Made by a program: the position numbers and the translations under genes. From Octopus vulgaris (lineage: Eukaryota): a stretch of DNA of 64,000 nt. The notes under the pieces were generated by a model. That model did no database searches and was not told the origin of the DNA. It was given only the letters and a program-made list of their open reading frames with translations. Every line of letters starts with the position of its first letter. The stretch's first letter is position 1. The stretch covers positions 3,162,001 to 3,226,000 of the forward strand of contig OX597819.1 in NCBI GenBank assembly GCA_951406725.2. Direction: 5' to 3'. Positions 63,682 to 64,000 of the stretch are shown in pieces.

Positions 63682-63691
63682 ACAACATGGT

Positions 63692-63930
63692 ACTACTCGT
63701 TTAAATTTGCCAAGTTATAGGAACACAAACACACCAACACCAGTTGTCAGGTGGTGGTAGGGGACAAACACAGACACACACAACACACAGGCTTCAAATT
63801 CACCCACAAGGTATTGGTTGGCCTGAAGCTATAGTAGAAGACTCTTACCCAAGGTGTCATGCAGAGGGACTGAACCCAGAACCATGTAGTTGGGAAACAA
63901 GCTTCTTACCACACAGCCACACCTGCACCT
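63692..63930 (-). mobile_element. SINE family A (diverged, partial)
   Basis: Reverse-complement match to the head and middle body. Confidence 0.75.
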
Positions 63931-64000
63931 GTCTTCAACTTTATTGAGCAACCCAGACTGAACTTTACAATAGCTCTGAGTGAAGTTAACAAACAAAAAT

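Overview
AT-rich, repeat-dense animal genomic DNA. The SINE and LINE families match those I recognise from Octopus (coleoid cephalopod); this assignment is an inference. Two convincing protein-coding ORFs lie on the minus strand about 44 kb apart, each uninterrupted: a 2124-aa, largely low-complexity protein (571-6945) with seven exact 25-aa repeats, and a 208-aa protein (51006-51632). They share four collinear motif blocks, including R.QR.R.L.RLRERR[YF].D and DDY.SR...D......IK, with heavily diverged synonymous codons. They therefore look like old paralogues of a family I do not recognise, which is the main finding. The rest is mostly transposon debris: tRNA-derived SINEs, RTE and CR1-like LINE fragments, mariner, piggyBac, a hAT MITE with an intact 8-bp TSD and a Helitron-like end. 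Non-coding oddities include a 95-nt CpG-rich hairpin, a 99-bp minisatellite with a 4-unit higher-order period, a recent 600-bp inverted duplication and a DR4 plus TALE-site cluster. No rRNA, true tRNA gene or CRISPR array was seen. Repeat boundaries are approximate unless a TSD or TIR is given.
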